Positions 46,650 to 58,900 of a DNA stretch of 64,000 nucleotides are shown here, one piece after another. A program made the translations under genes and the position numbers. Source of the stretch: Naegleria gruberi (Eukaryota). The stretch lies in assembly GCA_000004985.1 (NCBI GenBank), contig GG738849.1. One strand, 5' to 3'. The notes below the pieces were generated by a model. It did not search any database. It had not been told where the DNA came from and saw nothing but the letters and a program-made list of their open reading frames with translations. Numbering within the stretch: the first letter of the stretch is position 1; each line of letters begins with the position of its first letter.

Positions 46650-47828
46650 TTATTGTTGATTAGTGAATGGTAAGAGCTTTTCTTTCAATAGACGATCAAA
46701 TCCCTTTTCCTTATATTCAGCAAGTGTAACATGAATTGCATTTTCACTTTTTTCTGAATCCTTAATTCTCTTACAGGCACCAAAGAAATTTGAATCCTTT
46801 CCAAGTTTGTTATATTCCACACTAATATTTGGTAAATGCTTTTCAAGTTCCAATTGTAATCTTTCCTTGAAATTGGTCAAGAGTGAAGCACCTCCACTCA
46901 GATACAAGGTTGGTTTGGAAGCTCTATCTTTCATTTCCTTTTCAATGAATTGTACAATGGATTCCACAAGATTTCCACTACTGAATAATACCTCAGCAGC
47001 TTGAGTATAAATTTCCGAATTTGGAGTGGCACTTTCATCAGATCGATTGATTTGGAAGAAGACACTTGGCAAATTGTTCCTTCAATTCAGTTAATTTGAG
47101 CATTGGCTCATCACTTTGAAGATGTTCTCTAATATACTTTGAAACATCCATTCCTCCAATTGGAATAGTATTTACAATGGATCCACCACTACTGAGTGAT
47201 GAAATTTGAGTCAAACCATGACCATGTTCAAGAATGAAACTACTCTCCAATTGATCCTGATTCAATTTATCTTTCATGATGTAGGCAACATTTTCCATTG
47301 AGGAGAGGAATGAAACTCTCTTAATTTGATGTCTATCAAATACTTGAGTACACAACATTTTCAAAGAGTCAATAGTTTGTACTTGTGGACTCATTACAAT
47401 ATTCAAACTCTTTTCCTTGAGAGTTTGTGCAGAGAATGGATCTCCATTTAAATTATACAATGAACGGAAGGCATGATTTAAAAAGTGTTCAAACATGAGC
47501 AGGGTATCATTGGCCAATTTGACTTGTCCACGAGAAACCAATGGACACACAGTTCGTAATCTGAAATTTCCAGTCAATTCCTTCTCTTTTAATACCATTG
47601 TACCACAAGCAATTTTTGATACACCAGCAAAACCTTGTTTCTCATAGGAACCTGAATGGTGTTGAATGAATTATATATAATAGTAAACAAATATAGTCAA
47701 CAATTATAGTCAACTAGGTACTTACCTGATATTGAGTGAAATTCGTTAGGAATTTCATCAGCACAAATTCCGTACTTGGTTGTGAAACTGCCCAAGTCTA
47801 GGATAAATTCATCGATGAGAGATGTCAT
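46650..47828 (-). CDS. Divergent actin-related protein (Arp). Exon 1 47828..47726 and 86-nt intron. One unresolved frame change near 47040..47075.
   Basis: Actin-fold blocks: ILDLGSFTTKYG, ILEHGHGLTQISSLSSGGSIVNTIPIGGMDVSKYI, LYLSGGASL...ISVEY. Confidence 0.5.
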
Positions 47829-48026
47829 TCGGGTAGTGTTGAAGGATTTTTTTTTGATTTTGTCTTTTTAAAAAAGTAAATTTGAGTGGCAACATCAATC
47901 AACAGTCAAATTGACTAATTTAAATAACTTTTAACTATTTGATTTGTTGTAACTGGAATGAATTATCATTGTAATGGTTTATTTTTTAAATTTACAATGA
48001 AATGTCTTGTATACGAAACAATCTTG

Positions 48027-48779
48027 TTAACAAAATTGTTTAATTTTACCTAGAGCAGTTACTAACTGCACACTTTGATGAAGTGAACACGATTTACATT
48101 CTAAATTCAATATATAATTATTGTTTTGGTCTTGCTTTACAAGTATTCGAAAGTGTTCACAATGAATTTGCTTATTATTCTTTCTATTGTAACAAGAAGG
48201 ACAATCCAAACAACCACCCAATCCCAAAAATTCTCTGAGCTTTACATTTCTATTGGTAATATTCAATCTTCTATTCAATAATCCAATGTACAAATTGTGG
48301 AATGTGAGTGGAATATCTGGAATAGTTTCGGTTTCGTATTTGGATTCAGATGAACATTCTGAATGGGATGCAAATCCAAATATATTGAGTGGATCATTGG
48401 ATGAAAAAACCCTGTCAATTCTCTTTGACAATGTCATACTTCCATAGTTCAATAGTGGAAGGTGGTCTTGTTCCTCCTCTCCAGAGATTATTCCAGAAAA
48501 TGTGCGTTGTAAACTGGATTTTAAGAGAGGTATCGAATAGAGAATGCCACAAATCAATTTGTCAACTAGTGCTAGGGATTTATATTGAGTTTTTGTGTCG
48601 ATGAAACTCAAAATTACGACCCAAATTTCATTGAGATGAATTTTGGAAAATTCTGTTTCTTCTACTTTGGTATTTTCTGTTTCATTGCTTGTTTGGCGTT
48701 TCTTCTTGTGTTGCTTTCGGATTGGTTGTGGTGGTGTTTGAAGTGTTTCTTCTTCTAATAATAGGCGAAATGATGACAT
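48027..48779 (-). CDS. Hypothetical protein
   Basis: 250-aa ORF with a basic N-terminus. No known motif. Confidence 0.35.
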   Translation of the reverse strand: MSSFRLLLEEETLQTPPQPIRKQHKKKRQTSNETENTKVEETEFSKIHLNEIWVVILSFIDTKTQYKSLALVDKLICGILYSIPLLKSSLQRTFSGIISGEEEQDHLPLLNYGSMTLSKRIDRVFSSNDPLNIFGFASHSECSSESKYETETIPDIPLTFHNLYIGLLNRRLNITNRNVKLREFLGLGGCLDCPSCYNRKNNKQIHCEHFRILVKQDQNNNYILNLECKSCSLHQSVQLVTALGKIKQFC

Positions 48780-48998
48780 TTTGTTTGTGTTGTTGTGGAA
48801 AATGGTAGAGTTTGAGAGAAAACTATTTATATAATAATTAAAAGAGGTGACATGAAATTCTGCTGGTTACAAGTTTTGAAGAAACAATACCAGTCTAATA
48901 ATATTGTTATTATGTGACAATGGAGTTTTTCTAGACAAGTAGGAGATCAAAATATTGATTAAAAGTAAAATCACATAATATTAACATTGGTTTTTAAA

Positions 48999-50207
48999 TT
49001 AATTTGAAATAGAGCTAATATAGAAGTGGTGCTCTTTCAGTTCGGGATGTTGTTGCAATTTTATTGCAAATGGCTTGCATATTTCAAGCAAAGTATTGAA
49101 CACCCAACGGGTGATCGATTGTCTAACTCTTACATCATCAACATGTAAAATCCCATTTGAGGCATGTTCAATTTTTGATTCGTCATCTCCATTAAATTTA
49201 ATGAATGAATCAATAATATTTTCAAAATCAGTACCTTCCAAATCAAGCATTTCATCTTTTAAAACAGATGCAATTCTAATACAATTTTGATGAGTTGAAA
49301 TATATCCCCAAAATGATTTTGAAATCAGAGATGACAGCCAACATTTTTCATCAATTGATTCTTTTTCTCCACAATATAGTTAGCACCAGAGGTTAATTTG
49401 AAAATTTGATTTCTTATTTCAGAACTAACTTTCTTATTACTTTCAATTTCATATTCATTAAAAAACAATTCAACTTCATGCTCATTGAAATAATCACCAA
49501 ATATTGGATTTGAAACATTGAATGGCGAATGGTCAATTGGTTGACCAAAGTATTCACCAACAAAATTTGTAATTGCTAAACAAGAATGAAGAAAATAATA
49601 AAGTTTTGTTTTGTTTCATTGAAGAAAGTGCAGCTAGAAATCTTGTTCTTTCTTCTGTGGGAATTTCTGCAATGGAATCAAATTCATCGAGAAGTAATAC
49701 TACTTTCTCATCTTTGAATTCTGGAATGCAAGAACTCTTTTCGAATAAGGATGTTAATTCATTCGATTCATATTGCGTTCCCAAGAATCGGTTGATATAA
49801 ATTAGAAATGCTGTATCAAAACTTGAAGATTGTATTGACAAGTATGTGCTCACCAGTCCTCTCATATCAATAGATACAGGATAATAGCCTCTTTCTTTCA
49901 AAGAAGGCATCAATGAATTAGAAACTATTGATGTTTTACCAGATTGACTAGGAGCAATTAAAATAGAAAATTCTCCCTGTTCTAATCTTGTTTGAATTGT
50001 TTTTTTCATATTTTCTTGTTCAATATAAATATAATAATTAACTTCAACACGGCCATTAACACATAATCCTTTCTTCCTTAATGATTTTTTGAAGGTTGTG
50101 ATGATTTAACCTCGTCGCATTTATGTTTTTCTGCACTCGTCTTTCTTTCTAGTGTTGCAGTTGGTTTTTTATTGTTTGCTGTAACAATCTTGTTGGTTTG
50201 TGGATCC
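48999..50207 (-). CDS. P-loop NTPase (AAA-like ATPase domain) protein; multi-exon, structure not resolved
   Basis: Walker A ILIAPSQSGKTS and Walker B VVLLLDEFD in ORF 49554..50009. Downstream ORFs in other frames continue to 48999. Confidence 0.35.
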
Positions 50208-50676
50208 ATTCTTACCTTAATTTACCTTACGGTTCTATTATCTTAGTATTGGTGTATTTTTTCTTGTTGGGAATTTGTAAAATTAAGAGCTAATAAAATA
50301 TTTGCTGTGTTGAAAAAATACTTATCGGTTTCATAATCTGTCTTCACCATTGGATAGCTGGTTTTGTGGCGATCATAATGATGGTTTTGTATTGAAATAT
50401 GCTTAATATCTTCCAAACAACTTCTTCAGAAAAGTATTCTCAAGTAATCTAACAAAAAATGAATAACAGAAATGTGAGGAGAAATCAATCATCACAAAGA
50501 AGAGTAAATCAGAGAGAAAAACCTCTCGGAAAAACCACTAAACACATTCTAGAAATGACAAATAATAGGTAAATAAAGGATTTACTATATATTGGATAAT
50601 TATAATTTAAAGTGATGAGGGTGGAAGAGAAGTTTTGAATTCAGTGTTTGCACTTTTAAAACATCGGAAACAATGG

Positions 50677-51116
50677 ATGGATAGAAAATTTAGAACAGAT
50701 CCCACTAATCAATTAATGTCCTTGATTGCCAAATTAAACGACGAAGATGTATGTAAACCTATTGAAAATATTTAATATTGAAAAATTGGAAAATTTACAA
50801 ACATCAGATGAAACTGGACGGTCCAAATGAATCATTCTATGCATTTCTCTTTGAACAAGTGTGTTTACAAAATTTGGATAAATTGGAATTTTCTGTTGGA
50901 ACAAATGAGAATAGGAGCATGTTCATGCCAAACTTTTTGGATTCTGATATATTTGGTTTTAAAACAATTACTGTTAAAATTCCAAAAACTGCAACAGCAA
51001 TTCTGAAATGGTTGGGTTTTGGTGTAGTTTTATCAATTATTTATTCATTGCTATTGTATTGGAGGGTGAGTGTGAGGAGACGAAATTATCAATCATATAG
51101 AATGATATCCAAGTAA
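50677..51116 (+). CDS. Small tail-anchored membrane protein (127 aa), exons 50677..50748 and 50808..51116
   Basis: 59-nt intron GTATGTAAAC..ACATCAG. Single C-terminal TM helix WLGFGVVLSIIYSLLLYW. Confidence 0.45.
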
Positions 51117-51129
51117 TTATGACCTTAGA

Positions 51130-52515
51130 TTAGTCTTGTAACTTTTCCACGACTGAGAAAATATTATCGAGGACATATTTATGCAGTGTGTCAAGAGTTT
51201 CGTCCAATCTTCTGTGATTAATCTCTACCTTATGAATGTATGGAACATTTTTCGTCACATTTTCATAATATTCTTGCATTACTTGGAAATTATGAGAAAG
51301 GGTTTGCAATTTCTCATCAAAATTTGTACCCAATGTATGAGTACGACTATCATAAATATCATGTTCTCTCTTTGAAAGCCATTGTTCAAAAAACAGTTCG
51401 TGTTCATCCTTATTGGAAATGGAAATGAAAAATGGAATAATAATTCCCTCTGCCTTGTTTTCCTCTGTTGAAGTCTTGGTAATGTACTTGTCGAATAAAT
51501 CCTTATAAATTTCAGGATCTATGTGACTACCTTCAATAATTAGAGCTTTACCATCACCAAAACATTTCTCAATATCTCCTTGGAGGGCCTTCTTCATAAA
51601 TATACATTGCTCTCTATATTGTTTTAGAAATGTTTCACTATCCTCATATTTTGAAAACCAGACAGGAACTTGCTTTTCATAGCCACTATTATTCTTAGTT
51701 GTGTGAAGATTGAAAGAATTAATCAAATCTAAAACTACATCTGTTTGTACAACATTAGGTGAGTTTAGTCTCTCACCTAATTGAGTGGCTAAAGTTGATT
51801 TACCAACACAACCAGTTCCAAAAACCAAAATTAACAAGGGAATACGTTTGTGGTGAAATTTAGACATTAATTTGTATCTTGTAATTGTTTGATCTCCATA
51901 TCCATAATTTCTCATAATATTAAACAAGTGTTTTTCCAATTCTTCTTGAGAAATATTCAATAAATTTAAATCTACAAGTGTCTTTTTAAGTTCCAATGCA
52001 ATTTTAATAGAATCCTTATACTTGACTTGAATAACCGTTAATATTCTGCTGACAATAAAACGAGAGAGAATGTAATAGTGATTTTCCAATCCAACTCTAA
52101 CTTTAACAAAGTCATATTTTGATGAGGCTCTCTTCACATACGATGTATTTCCCTCTTCATCAGTATTTGATGAGGAATTATTCAAGTGATGAATAGCATC
52201 CGAGGCTGCTGAAACCGTTAAATGTTGATGATCCGATGTAGATGATGTGGTGGTGTTGGTGGTTGGAGATTTTTGCCTTGTTTTATGAGGAGTATCAGAT
52301 GAAGATATATTGGCTGCGTGATCAACACCATGAGCCTCATGAGATTCAATGTGTCCTAATAACATTTTTTCAAAGTTTGTAAAAGTTCTAATGTTCAATT
52401 TTGGATTTTTCACTGGATATGAAACTAACAGTATTGGGTTGAAAAGATAAAGATTTGTATTATTTGATAAATTATTAGCAATTAAATTATAATTAATATT
52501 ATTACTAGCATTCAA
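51130..52515 (-). CDS. P-loop kinase/NTPase-like hypothetical protein
   Basis: LILVFGTGCVGKSTLATQLGERL (Walker A). 461 aa. Confidence 0.4.
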   Translation of the reverse strand: MNASNNINYNLIANNLSNNTNLYLFNPILLVSYPVKNPKLNIRTFTNFEKMLLGHIESHEAHGVDHAANISSSDTPHKTRQKSPTTNTTTSSTSDHQHLTVSAASDAIHHLNNSSSNTDEEGNTSYVKRASSKYDFVKVRVGLENHYYILSRFIVSRILTVIQVKYKDSIKIALELKKTLVDLNLLNISQEELEKHLFNIMRNYGYGDQTITRYKLMSKFHHKRIPLLILVFGTGCVGKSTLATQLGERLNSPNVVQTDVVLDLINSFNLHTTKNNSGYEKQVPVWFSKYEDSETFLKQYREQCIFMKKALQGDIEKCFGDGKALIIEGSHIDPEIYKDLFDKYITKTSTEENKAEGIIIPFFISISNKDEHELFFEQWLSKREHDIYDSRTHTLGTNFDEKLQTLSHNFQVMQEYYENVTKNVPYIHKVEINHRRLDETLDTLHKYVLDNIFSVVEKLQD

Positions 52516-52574
52516 ATGATGATGTATTATTAATAATTAAAATTAAAATTAAAATTGATTAAGATTAAAAAAAA

Positions 52575-54449
52575 ATGTTTAGTTTTGAAGAGGAAACAAC
52601 AACAACAACATCGGTACCAGTTGCAAATGCTACTATTGTTGATGATGATGATCAAAAACAAGAAGGAAATGAAGAAGAATTTACTATACAGGGTGATCAA
52701 CAAGTAAAACAACAACAACAACCAATTAAACAACAATATGTTCCGGTTGAGACTATTGATATTAATTATGAAAAGGTTAAAGATTGGCTTGTAAATAGAA
52801 ACTTTTTACCTTCCGATTATGTAAAACAATTAAAACAAATTAGAGGTTATATTAAACATGCTTTTAAAGAATTGAAGGATAAACATGAAGAAGTGAAAAG
52901 CAAGGAATCAGAAAAACCAGTTACAGAATTATTAGAGAAAATTAATCAACTTTCTCAAGAATCACAAGATGAATTGGCAGTGATTGATTACTTTATAACG
53001 AAGGAAATTGTTCAAGTTTTGGAGAAGGCTGATTCATCGGAAGGAAGTGGTTATTTGTTTGGTCTTGTTGGTGGATCTAAGAGACTTAAATTGTGGAAAC
53101 ATGTTTTACAAAGTTATGAAGCAAACAATCTCCATTTGGCCGAGATTTCAGGATATATTATCCAGAATGTAAAATATGAAATTCCTTCCATGTCAAGCTC
53201 ACTTTTATCATTAAGAAATCAATTGGAAAGTATTGACAGAAAGGAAGACGATTGGAAGAGATCCCTTGAAATAGCCAAGAGAGAATTTACCGAGTCTTGT
53301 GAAAAACTTTCTATTAATAGGGAAAAAATTGAAAGCATGATTCAATTTGCTTCGAGTGGTTCTAGTGTTGGTGTTGATATTGAGGATGAAATTAAGAGTG
53401 CTGTATCAGATCTTCCACAATTTTATGAAAATATTGTAGTGTCATGTAAGGATGCCAAGTTCAAGAAGGCAGTTGATTATTATGAAGATTTTACATCATT
53501 TTTCAATAAGAACAAGGTTAGGGAAGATTTAACTTGTCTCAAGTTTGTCCTTTCCAATTTGGAAAAGTCGACACTTTCCATGTATGATTGGAAATTGTTC
53601 AACAATCAATCATTACCTTCTGTGGATGAAGAAAAAGTACAATCCTACATTCAAAAATTAAAAGATGAAGAAAGCAAGAAGGCCAACAAATCAAATGAAC
53701 CACAAATTGACTTTGGTGATTTTGAATTTTCAACTGAGGGCAATGTAGAAATTAATTGGGATACTGGTGTGGAAGAGAATAAGGAAATTGAAATCAAATT
53801 TGATGATGTTGCTCAAGAGAAAGAACTCGAGATTGATTTTGGAGATTTTAGTACTGATGATGTGGGTGGTTTTTCAATGGATTCTGTCGATATTTCCAGC
53901 AATACCAATGACGAAGACAGTATCAAATTGGTTGCAGAGTTGAGAATGAAATCCTTCCTTGATGATGAAGATGTCAGAGCTCTCTTCTCCAACAATCTCT
54001 TCCAATTATATGCCTTTGTACAACAACGAGTTATTGAGGTAACAAAGAATTCATCACTCGATAGTGAAATTTTCAGTTCTGCTCCAAACTCTATCAAATC
54101 CATCACCAAAGAAGAAATTCAAAACCTTATGCATGCAACTGGTAATGTAGTCACTACTCTCAATAACCATCGTTTCAAACAACTCATTCTCATCAAGACC
54201 TCGAAGAAGTTTGTGGAACGTCTCGTTCAATCCCTCACACAAAAGCTTGAAATTATGAGCAAGACAAAGACCAACTTGGAAGGTGTAGACTCCCAACGTT
54301 CCTCTCTCAATAATTCCATCAAGAACCAACAACCAACTGTTCTGAAAATCAAAAAGCAAACCAAAGACTATCAAGACTTTATTCAAAAGAATCTTTCTGA
54401 AAAGCTTGGAAAGAGAGTTGTTATTTTCGGTGAAATAAACAAGATTTAA
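52575..54449 (+). CDS. CDK5 regulatory subunit-associated protein 3 (CDK5RAP3/LZAP) homolog, UFMylation pathway component
   Basis: YEKVKDWLVNRNFLPSDY and EISGYIIQNVKYEIPSMSSSLLSLRNQLE resemble the conserved CDK5RAP3 N-terminal blocks. Confidence 0.55.
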   Translation: MFSFEEETTTTTSVPVANATIVDDDDQKQEGNEEEFTIQGDQQVKQQQQPIKQQYVPVETIDINYEKVKDWLVNRNFLPSDYVKQLKQIRGYIKHAFKELKDKHEEVKSKESEKPVTELLEKINQLSQESQDELAVIDYFITKEIVQVLEKADSSEGSGYLFGLVGGSKRLKLWKHVLQSYEANNLHLAEISGYIIQNVKYEIPSMSSSLLSLRNQLESIDRKEDDWKRSLEIAKREFTESCEKLSINREKIESMIQFASSGSSVGVDIEDEIKSAVSDLPQFYENIVVSCKDAKFKKAVDYYEDFTSFFNKNKVREDLTCLKFVLSNLEKSTLSMYDWKLFNNQSLPSVDEEKVQSYIQKLKDEESKKANKSNEPQIDFGDFEFSTEGNVEINWDTGVEENKEIEIKFDDVAQEKELEIDFGDFSTDDVGGFSMDSVDISSNTNDEDSIKLVAELRMKSFLDDEDVRALFSNNLFQLYAFVQQRVIEVTKNSSLDSEIFSSAPNSIKSITKEEIQNLMHATGNVVTTLNNHRFKQLILIKTSKKFVERLVQSLTQKLEIMSKTKTNLEGVDSQRSSLNNSIKNQQPTVLKIKKQTKDYQDFIQKNLSEKLGKRVVIFGEINKI

Positions 54450-54595
54450 TTTATTAAAATATATGCAATAATTGATTAGCCATTCCTATTAAGAGAATGC
54501 AAACTGGAACTTTCAGCAACTTACAAATTTTTTTAAAAAGGAAAATGAAAGTGATATTATGAAAAAAGAATATTGGAGATGAGTGCCGGGAATTG

Positions 54596-54682
54596 AATGG
54601 CTACCGGGAATGAAATTTCCTAATTTAGGAACCCGGGTCGCCAGAGTGACAGTCTGGAATGCTACCACTATACCACACCCGA
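54596..54682 (-). pseudogene. tRNA-Asp(GUC)-like degenerate element
   Basis: The minus strand reads GGTATAGTGGTAGCATTCCAGACTGTCACTCTGGCGACCCGGGTTC. This has an intact D-arm and anticodon arm. The T-stem CCGGG/CCCGG is interrupted by a palindromic insert of about 16-33 nt (CTAAATTAGGAAATTT). There is no complementary acceptor stem. Confidence 0.35.
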
Positions 54683-54805
54683 TTACATTCATATAGAAAT
54701 GATTCCTTAATTCGCCTTAGTATAATGTGCAATAATTAAATCATTTCGATCTATTAGATGAAGAGAGGAATGATCAAGAATCAAACATAATAAAACTAGT
54801 TATTA

Positions 54806-55729
54806 TTATTGGAATGGATTGTAGGTCATTTCATTAATTTTCCAAAATCTAAGAATGCCCTTATCTGAAATGGATTGAATAACTTGATTACTTGGAGTGT
54901 GAAGTACAAATTTACCTTCCAATTCCTTATTTTCATTGAAGGGGAAGAGGGAATGGAGAACTTGCCAAACCCCACTCGATTGTCTAATTCCAAAGCTTGA
55001 CATATACTTTCCAATAATTTCTTCAACTTGCACTCTTGAATAGTTTTGAGATTTTATCAAATCCAACAAGGAATCAGCCTGTGGCAATGGGAATTCTCTC
55101 TTATCAACCTGATAAATGAAATAATCTCCATTTACAACCATGAAACCCTTTGCAAACCTATTGACCACATTATTCTCAACTTCTCTTTCCAATTCCAGTG
55201 AAATATAAGAAGGATTAACATTTGATACGAATGCAGGTTGCCAAATCTCTCTATAATCATCACCATTAATTCCCTCTTCAACCATGAGAGGTTTTCTTGA
55301 CTCTGTATCCACATGTCCAATATCATAACTGCCTGTAAATGGTTGGAAGTCAATTTTACGATCCCATTGACATATCCATGCACTCTGATTGGCATGTGCA
55401 AAGCCAGCAAATGATTTCTGATTGGCCAATTGAAGCAACTCATCCCAAGAATATTGAGACAATGATGATTTTTGGTTTAAATAATTAGGTCTAGTAATTG
55501 GTATTCTAATATCACAATACATTGAATTGGTTTGAATATTGAATACAATGGTTGTGTTATCCACAATGTGACCGATTGGCTCTTCAATCCACAACCTTTT
55601 CCAAACATTTACCATTTGCTGGGGAACTGTGAATGTTGGAGAGCCGAATGTCATCGTTATCATGCATGCAAGGATGATGAAGATGATACTGCGCAATGAT
55701 ATTGGCAAGGTGATTTTATTGTTTGACAT
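54806..55729 (-). CDS. Secreted or membrane-anchored hypothetical protein with an N-terminal signal sequence
   Basis: MSNNKITLPISLRSIIFIILACMITMTFG. Confidence 0.4.
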   Translation of the reverse strand: MSNNKITLPISLRSIIFIILACMITMTFGSPTFTVPQQMVNVWKRLWIEEPIGHIVDNTTIVFNIQTNSMYCDIRIPITRPNYLNQKSSLSQYSWDELLQLANQKSFAGFAHANQSAWICQWDRKIDFQPFTGSYDIGHVDTESRKPLMVEEGINGDDYREIWQPAFVSNVNPSYISLELEREVENNVVNRFAKGFMVVNGDYFIYQVDKREFPLPQADSLLDLIKSQNYSRVQVEEIIGKYMSSFGIRQSSGVWQVLHSLFPFNENKELEGKFVLHTPSNQVIQSISDKGILRFWKINEMTYNPFQ

Positions 55730-55910
55730 TTTTTTTGTGTAGTTTCCTCTTGTAAAAGGAGTAATCACGGAGTAAGAAGATTCTCCTCATTCCCGCCAAA
55801 ATCATCTACCTTTATTTTGGATTCTTTTGGTTAAAGGTTATGAAATAGGATTAGATTTCGTTTGTATTATTCCAATATTCCACAACAAAAAATGTCTAAA
55901 AATCTATTTA

Positions 55911-58900
55911 TTAAACAAAACAACAACAGAATAATCTGCAAGCATCTTGATGCTCTGGAGAGTTCTTCACTCTGCCCAAACACCCTCCAAGAATATCCCA
56001 ACTCTTATATCCATCTGTATAGTCATGTTCACTGGCAAAGAATGGATTAATTTCCAAAGATTTAACTTGATCAACATATTGCCAAACAACAACCTTGTAT
56101 AAAACTCTGAGATATCTATTTTGATCTCTAGAGGACTTGTCTTCCTTGCCATCATCAAGAACAGCTCCAACCTTGTTGACACGCTTAGTGTAAACCATAA
56201 AGTTGGCAACCCAAGAGAATTTGACAGGAACGAAAGGAAGTAGGCACCATCTAGACGATTTAGTGCTCCATCTTTCAAATTTGAAGAATGGGAAGACGAG
56301 GAATTTCAAAAGTTTGTGACCTTCCTTAAGAGATTTGGAATATCTGATGAAACTGACTTGACGAACAAACAGCCAGAACAAACTCCACTTCTTTTCCTTA
56401 ACTCTTGTATCGCTTGCATAGAAATAGAGGAAGAGTATAAAACTAGTGATTTTAGAGTCCTTATTATCAGACGCGCCACCTGCAAGAATATGTCCATCAC
56501 CAAAAACTTGTCTTCCAAAATGGAACATAGAAACAAACTTGTGGAATAACCAGAGAAGTGACAAGTAGAATGTTGATGTGCCTCCTTCCTTAGAAGAATG
56601 GAAAAGTATGAGTGGGAAAATATAGAAAAGTCTGCTAAAATCTTCACGGCATCTTGAGAGTTTGAATCTTAATGTGGACAATAATGGATGGAATAACCAA
56701 GCAAATGAGTGAGTCAAAGTTGTCTTGGATGATGCAAATTCCTTTGTGAAGGAGTATAACATGAAAATATAAAAGCACAAATCTTGAGTAGATTTGGTCT
56801 TATTTCCCACATTCGAGATGAATGTTACAATATTCCAATATCTCACGAGTGCTAGCTTGTAATAGAACAAGAAGAAAATAGACCAATCTATTCTTTTGGT
56901 TAAATTTGAGCTGTGATCCTTTGTTTGATGAATGAAAAGTGGGAAAATGTAGAACATTGTATCACAATAGGTTCTGGTTCTATCTTTACCAAAATAAATG
57001 ATAGCCAAATTTTTGTGGAAGAAATAGAAGATTGAAATGTCAAACTTCTTTCCAGCTTCTCCTGAAGAATCATTGGTATATCTCACAAGTGGGAATGAAT
57101 AAAATCCAGAATCTGTATGACCGTTAGCAAATAACTTCCAATAGTGGGCCATGGCAATTCTCTTGTAGAATAACCATAACATGAATAAGTGAGTTTTTGT
57201 CTCGAGTGTGACGGATTCCCTTTCTCTTTCAAGGAAGAATATTGGGAACAGATAGGTAAGAATCTTCTTCCTATTTCCCTCAACAACACATCTCCAAAAG
57301 AAAACTGAAACATATTTTTCTACCAGGAATAGAACTGAGAGGAATTTGAACGCTCTAGTAGTCGTCTTAACTGCTCTATAGAAAACCAATGGATAGGCAA
57401 ACCAACCTTGTTCGTTCTCATACTTCCAAACACAGAAAAAGGTAACATATTTGTAAAAGAGCCAGAACAATGAGAATTCTCTCCTTTCAATATTTCCAGT
57501 CATGTGCTTGTAAAAGTATAAACTCATTACGAATTGTCTGTGATTCTTGTTAGAGTAATCATCTGTATTAGTACTCATGGAAACAGAAGGTTGTGTACAA
57601 AGTACGTTATTGTGGAAGAGAGCAAGCCACTTGGTGAACATCCAAACCAAACAGAAAGTCTTTCTCAAACTTGTTCCACTCACGTTGGTATACTTGAGAA
57701 TGACGAGGAAAATGTAGAACCCTTGCTTTCTGTTACTAGTTGTGGTTAAACTCCATGCACGTATCAAGGACAGGTTCTTTGTGAAAAACCAAAATCCGTA
57801 GTGAACATCTTCTTGGACAGTCTTGCTTGGTTGGGTGAGATCGTACTTGATATCTCTATAGTAAAGTGGTGATATGTGAAGTCTCTGCTCTCCAATTTTT
57901 CTTTGATCAATTGGTTTGTAAGTGGAGTATTCATACTCAACAATCCAGTTAATAATAGAGACTCCCCATGTTTTTGGAGCTGGCAACCATAACCATTTCC
58001 AAACTTTGTTTGAATCATTGCATGAATAATAATAAATTGGGAATAGGAAGGAGCTAGTATCACTCTTAGTAATTTGGTTGCTTTCTTTAGAAGTGTTGAC
58101 AACCTTATCCATGGTGAAAAGAGCTGCAGTCTTGTGTAATATCCAAAGCAAAGAAAAGCTTCTTTCAAATACTTCCTCCAAAGTTGTTGTCTTAGTTTGC
58201 TTATCAAAGTAAAATAGAGGCAAAACATAACAGCACAAATAATTGTAGGCATCAGTGGAATATTGTTGGTTCCAATATATAAAGCTCCAACCTTGTCTGA
58301 AAATCCATAGGAATGAGAGAGTAAAATCATTACCTACAACCTCACCATGACCTGTCCACCAATTTTTGACAGTACTGAAGAATAATAGGAACACATACAT
58401 GCTAGATCTATGAGAGTTTGGAGTTATTAATCTGGTATATCTAAATAAGGCAACCTTTTCACTGATAAAATAGATTAGCGAGAATGACAAATATTGACCA
58501 TTACGTAAGGCATTAACAACTTGGTTATTTCTATCAATCTTGATATAAAAAAGAGGAAGTATGTACATTGACTTGATCATCTCTCTATAATCTAAAATAA
58601 TCCTGCCCAATGATAAATCTTTCAAGAGCCAGAATAATGCCACAGTTATTAGTGGAGCATATTGCTTGGTTTCTGAGCTGGTTAAATCAGGAGTTTCCAA
58701 AGCTCTTTTTTCAAAATAAAAGAAGGGGAAGGCAAACAACCTCCAACGCCTCATCATAGAAGTACCCTCAGCTGATCCAACATACTTGCTATCATATTGT
58801 ATCAAACTGTATCTAGTTCTTGGAATATAGAAAAGCTTGAAGTAATAATTTTTGTCCTGGGAATCGATTGATAAATCGAAAATAAAATGCAAGTGGGCCG

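Noticed and set aside
54596-54682. Calling this a functional tRNA-Asp gene
   Set aside because: No acceptor-stem pairing can be formed and the T-loop is grossly expanded. It is retained only as a degenerate tRNA-like element.
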